From: Patescibacteria group bacterium
GTDB lineage: Bacteria > Patescibacteriota > Patescibacteriia > Veblenbacterales > UBA10138
Reading direction: 5' to 3'
NCBI GenBank assembly: GCA_041648575.1
Contig: JBAZOT010000003.1
Span: forward strand, 14,895-78,894
Length of the DNA stretch: 64,000 bases
Part shown: positions 61,688 to 64,000 of the stretch, one piece after another
How positions within the stretch are numbered: the stretch's first letter is position 1
How the letters are laid out: the number at the start of each line of letters is the position of its first letter
The notes under the pieces: generated by a model
The model's input: the letters and a program-made list of their open reading frames with translations, nothing else
Database searches by the model: none
What the model was told of the DNA's origin: nothing
Made by a program: the position numbers and the translations under genes

Positions 61688-62011
61688 TTATTCTTTTTCT
61701 TCGCGTTCGCACCGTTCAATGAATCTTCGGATTCGTTCCGAACCGCTATATGCATCATTACTAAATAATATGACACCAATGCCCACGTGTCTAACATCAA
61801 TGGCAGTGGCGGTTATTATCTTAGTAACAACCAGAAGGCCACGAAGATAAATTCTTCGCATCCTAGGTATCAACCAGGTGAAAGGAATAATAATGCAAAC
61901 AACATCAAATGGTGTTGGTAAATTAATGAAACGAGTAGCTGCCACTAATAATAAAATTGAAGAAATGACAGCAACTAGCACGAGGATAAAACGTACAATT
62001 TTATGCGACAT
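61688..62011 (-). CDS. Hypothetical small membrane protein
   Basis: 3 predicted TM helices. Preferred over the overlapping ORF 61618..61800. Confidence 0.35.
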   Translation of the reverse strand: MSHKIVRFILVLVAVISSILLLVAATRFINLPTPFDVVCIIIPFTWLIPRMRRIYLRGLLVVTKIITATAIDVRHVGIGVILFSNDAYSGSERIRRFIERCEREEKE

Positions 62012-62128
62012 TATATGTCCCTTTAATTAAGTTGAACATTTATTTTTTTATTTTTTATTTAAAAGTACAGCTATTTATACTATATCAAATCCCTAATTTT
62101 GTCAATGGTAATTATCCACAAGCTGGCC

Positions 62129-62156
62129 TTGACAAATTCTGTGGATATGCTATCAT
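62129..62156 (+). promoter_or_regulatory. Sigma70-like promoter for the 62363..63250 gene (long structured 5'UTR follows)
   Basis: TTGACA-N16-TATCAT(ATAAT). The ~200-nt leader contains hairpins (CTTGCCTGTG/CACGGACAAG, TCTTGT/ACAAGA). AGGAAGGA SD before the ATG. Confidence 0.4.
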
Positions 62157-62362
62157 ATAATGTTTTGAAGGTTTTGATTGAATTTTGACAATTGAAAAGC
62201 TCGGTAGTAAAGTCTTGCCTGTGCACGGACAAGGTAACCCCTTTATTATCGGGCCCAATTAGGTGCTAATAATTACTAAAACCAAAAACCCGTTTTTGTG
62301 TTGTCAGTCTTGTGGGTTACAAGATTGAAACAAACAAAAACATATAGGAAGGAAATATTCCT

Positions 62363-63250
62363 ATGGAAAAAAATAACATAAATAACGCAGTAGTTGATGA
62401 GGCGTTGAATGATACAGCGCCGATAACAACTGTGGAACCGGAATCAACGTCGCCTACTCCGGATCCGACACTAGCAATAGATGATCGACCAGAGCCAGAT
62501 CTTGCTCCAACAGGAGACGATCAATCGTGGTTCCAAAAAAATATTCTTTTAATCGGCCTGATTGTCGGGGTCGTGTTGGTGGCACTCATACTATTTGCGT
62601 TTAAGTCATGTGGCGGAGACGATAAGGGCACAAAAAAAACGACAAAGATCGTTGACTCAACAGCCGTAGCTGATTCAACTGCGAGGGCTAAAGCCGACTC
62701 GCTCGTGAAGGCTAAAGAACTCGGCTATCAAAATCTTATTGATTCACTAAATAAGATGCAGCCAATGAATCTATTGGACGTTATTTCTCAACTCGACGTT
62801 CAAGGAAAAATCTGGAAAAGCCAGGTTAAGGCAGTACAAACAGTGACTGGTAATCTTCACCAGAAAGCGCTGGCACTCGACGGCCAATCTAGAGTTGGAG
62901 TATGGGGTCAAATTACCCAAATGTCATCAACACTACCCAGTGTTTCCACTATTCCCGAGATCCTCAACACTATCTCAGCAGATGTTGTTGAGATAAAAAA
63001 GGACATAAAGGAACATCGGAAAGGTGCTCGTGCCTCTCATAATCAAGCGGTTGCCCAGCGCAATGAAATCCAGAACCAACTAGACGATCTGGATACTCAA
63101 ATAACTATGGCTCGTGGTGCACTTACTACTGCCAAAGAAGAGCTCAAAAAAGCTCTTCAATCTGGTGAGCAATCAAAAATTGATAACCAGATGATAAATC
63201 TCCAGCTTCGTCTTGAAGCTCTGGAAAGATTACAGAAAATACATAAGTAA
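62363..63250 (+). CDS. Membrane-anchored coiled-coil protein (hypothetical; composition suggests horizontal acquisition)
   Basis: Acidic Pro/Thr-rich N-terminus, one TM helix (ILLIGLIVGVVLVALILFAF), then a long coiled coil. Visibly higher GC and different codon usage from neighbours. Confidence 0.55.
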   Translation: MEKNNINNAVVDEALNDTAPITTVEPESTSPTPDPTLAIDDRPEPDLAPTGDDQSWFQKNILLIGLIVGVVLVALILFAFKSCGGDDKGTKKTTKIVDSTAVADSTARAKADSLVKAKELGYQNLIDSLNKMQPMNLLDVISQLDVQGKIWKSQVKAVQTVTGNLHQKALALDGQSRVGVWGQITQMSSTLPSVSTIPEILNTISADVVEIKKDIKEHRKGARASHNQAVAQRNEIQNQLDDLDTQITMARGALTTAKEELKKALQSGEQSKIDNQMINLQLRLEALERLQKIHK

Positions 63251-63276
63251 CCATCAATAAACATTGAGGTTACGAA

Positions 63277-63310
63277 GGAGTTATCAACGCATAACTCCTT
63301 TTTTATTTTT
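63277..63310 (+). terminator. Rho-independent terminator
   Basis: GGAGTTAT-caacgc-ATAACTCC followed by TTTTTTATTTTT. Confidence 0.75.
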
Positions 63311-63327
63311 AAGCCTTAGTGTTTGCC

Positions 63328-63425
63328 GTCATTGCGATTGTCACCCTACGGGTGATCTCCCGAAGGGACGACTTCGTCACGTTGTTCCTCGCAATGACAA
63401 AAAAATGGTTGTTCCTCACAATGAC
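63328..63425. repeat. Cluster of one inverted and two direct copies of the 10-mer GTCATTGCGA / TCGCAATGAC (18-nt tandem unit GTTGTTCCTC(G/A)CAATGAC x2)
   Basis: gtcattgcga at 63328. gttgttcctcgcaatgac at 63381..63398. gttgttcctcacaatgac at 63408..63425. Small GC hairpins lie between them. Confidence 0.4.
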
Positions 63426-63450
63426 CAAAAAACGACCAAACGCGTAGGTC

Positions 63451-63969
63451 CTATTTATTTAATATCTGCTCGGCTTTACCGATTAAGTTCTGAGCTTGAA
63501 ATTGCTTTTCTATCAACTCCGCTTTTCCAATCAATGCTTGAGCATTGGTTTTGCTTACCACCAACTTTTCCAAATTCTCGCCAATAGTACCAGAAAGCTT
63601 GCCTTGAGATAATTTATGCCCCAAAGTAGTATCTAATTCTTGGTACAATTTATCAATCATCGCTTGCTGTTCCCCGCCGTAACTGCCCTTAAAACTCGCT
63701 AATGCTGTTTTGGTATCAAGCGACAATACTTTATTTACTAAATTATGATCTTGAGCAGCAGGAATTATTTCAAATCTGCTTTTTAATATTCTCACATAAT
63801 CAGCCAGCTCGGTTTGCGCGTTTTTAGCCAGCTCATAAGTATGTGTCACAGTTTCAGCATCAAATTTATTTTTATCAATAAATTCCACTGCTAAATTTTT
63901 ATTAGTAGCAGGCGACAATAACTTGGTCTGTAATTTTACACCGTCAGTGACGCGATTATGCTTTACCAT
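63451..63969 (-). CDS. Hypothetical protein
   Basis: 172-aa ORF with no recognisable motifs. Confidence 0.45.
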   Translation of the reverse strand: MVKHNRVTDGVKLQTKLLSPATNKNLAVEFIDKNKFDAETVTHTYELAKNAQTELADYVRILKSRFEIIPAAQDHNLVNKVLSLDTKTALASFKGSYGGEQQAMIDKLYQELDTTLGHKLSQGKLSGTIGENLEKLVVSKTNAQALIGKAELIEKQFQAQNLIGKAEQILNK

Positions 63970-64000
63970 CTCGTCTACATAATTATAATCAACTTCTTTC

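Noticed and set aside
61618-61800. 60-aa ORF overlapping the 107-aa membrane ORF in another frame
   Set aside because: The overlapping 61688..62011 frame gives a coherent 3-TM protein, and the shorter ORF has no start context.

Overview
This 64-kb window comes from a low-GC, gene-dense, apparently reduced bacterial genome. The gene content (archaeal-type dimeric GlyRS, type-2 IleRS, archaeal-type PGI/PMI, many small membrane or secreted proteins) fits a Patescibacteria/CPR-like organism, but that is inference only. Nearly all genes are on the minus strand.

Gene order from low to high coordinates: partial dut; an unusual dcd / NMP-kinase-like / DUF2229 / DUF2229 / HgdC-type activase cluster directly upstream of dut; rplA-rplK-nusG-secE; an SDR oxidoreductase with atypical composition; gyrB; pheT, then an inserted membrane/pilin-like gene, then pheS; a DUF721-like gene; a PEP-utilizing swivel-domain protein; a histidine phosphatase; a UvrD-type helicase fused to a RecB-like nuclease; a complete F1Fo ATP synthase operon (atpI-like, B, E, F, H, A, G, a ~540-bp insert, then D, C); rmuC; a plus-strand TonB-domain protein; an ArsR regulator with palindromic sites flanking a secreted Cys-rich protein; tatD; cvpA-like; metG; rsmI; an AI-2E transporter; an M16 peptidase; glyQS; PGI/PMI; an aldolase-like protein; a secreted Gmad2-like / GerMN / FKBP cluster; a membrane-anchored ClpC-like ATPase; tgt; a plus-strand CDP-alcohol phosphatidyltransferase; a large surface protein; recO; ileS; argS; rplT-rpmI-infC; a GIY-YIG nuclease; tmRNA (ssrA) beside smpB; and a probably acquired coiled-coil membrane protein gene.

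I did not recognise any rRNA, tRNA or CRISPR array. Non-coding highlights are a ~148-bp element with terminal inverted repeats present in two copies that exactly fill intergenic spacers; two 38-bp perfect palindromes with shared ends; a GC-rich structured element family; 24-bp direct repeats around an inserted gene; and several intrinsic terminators.
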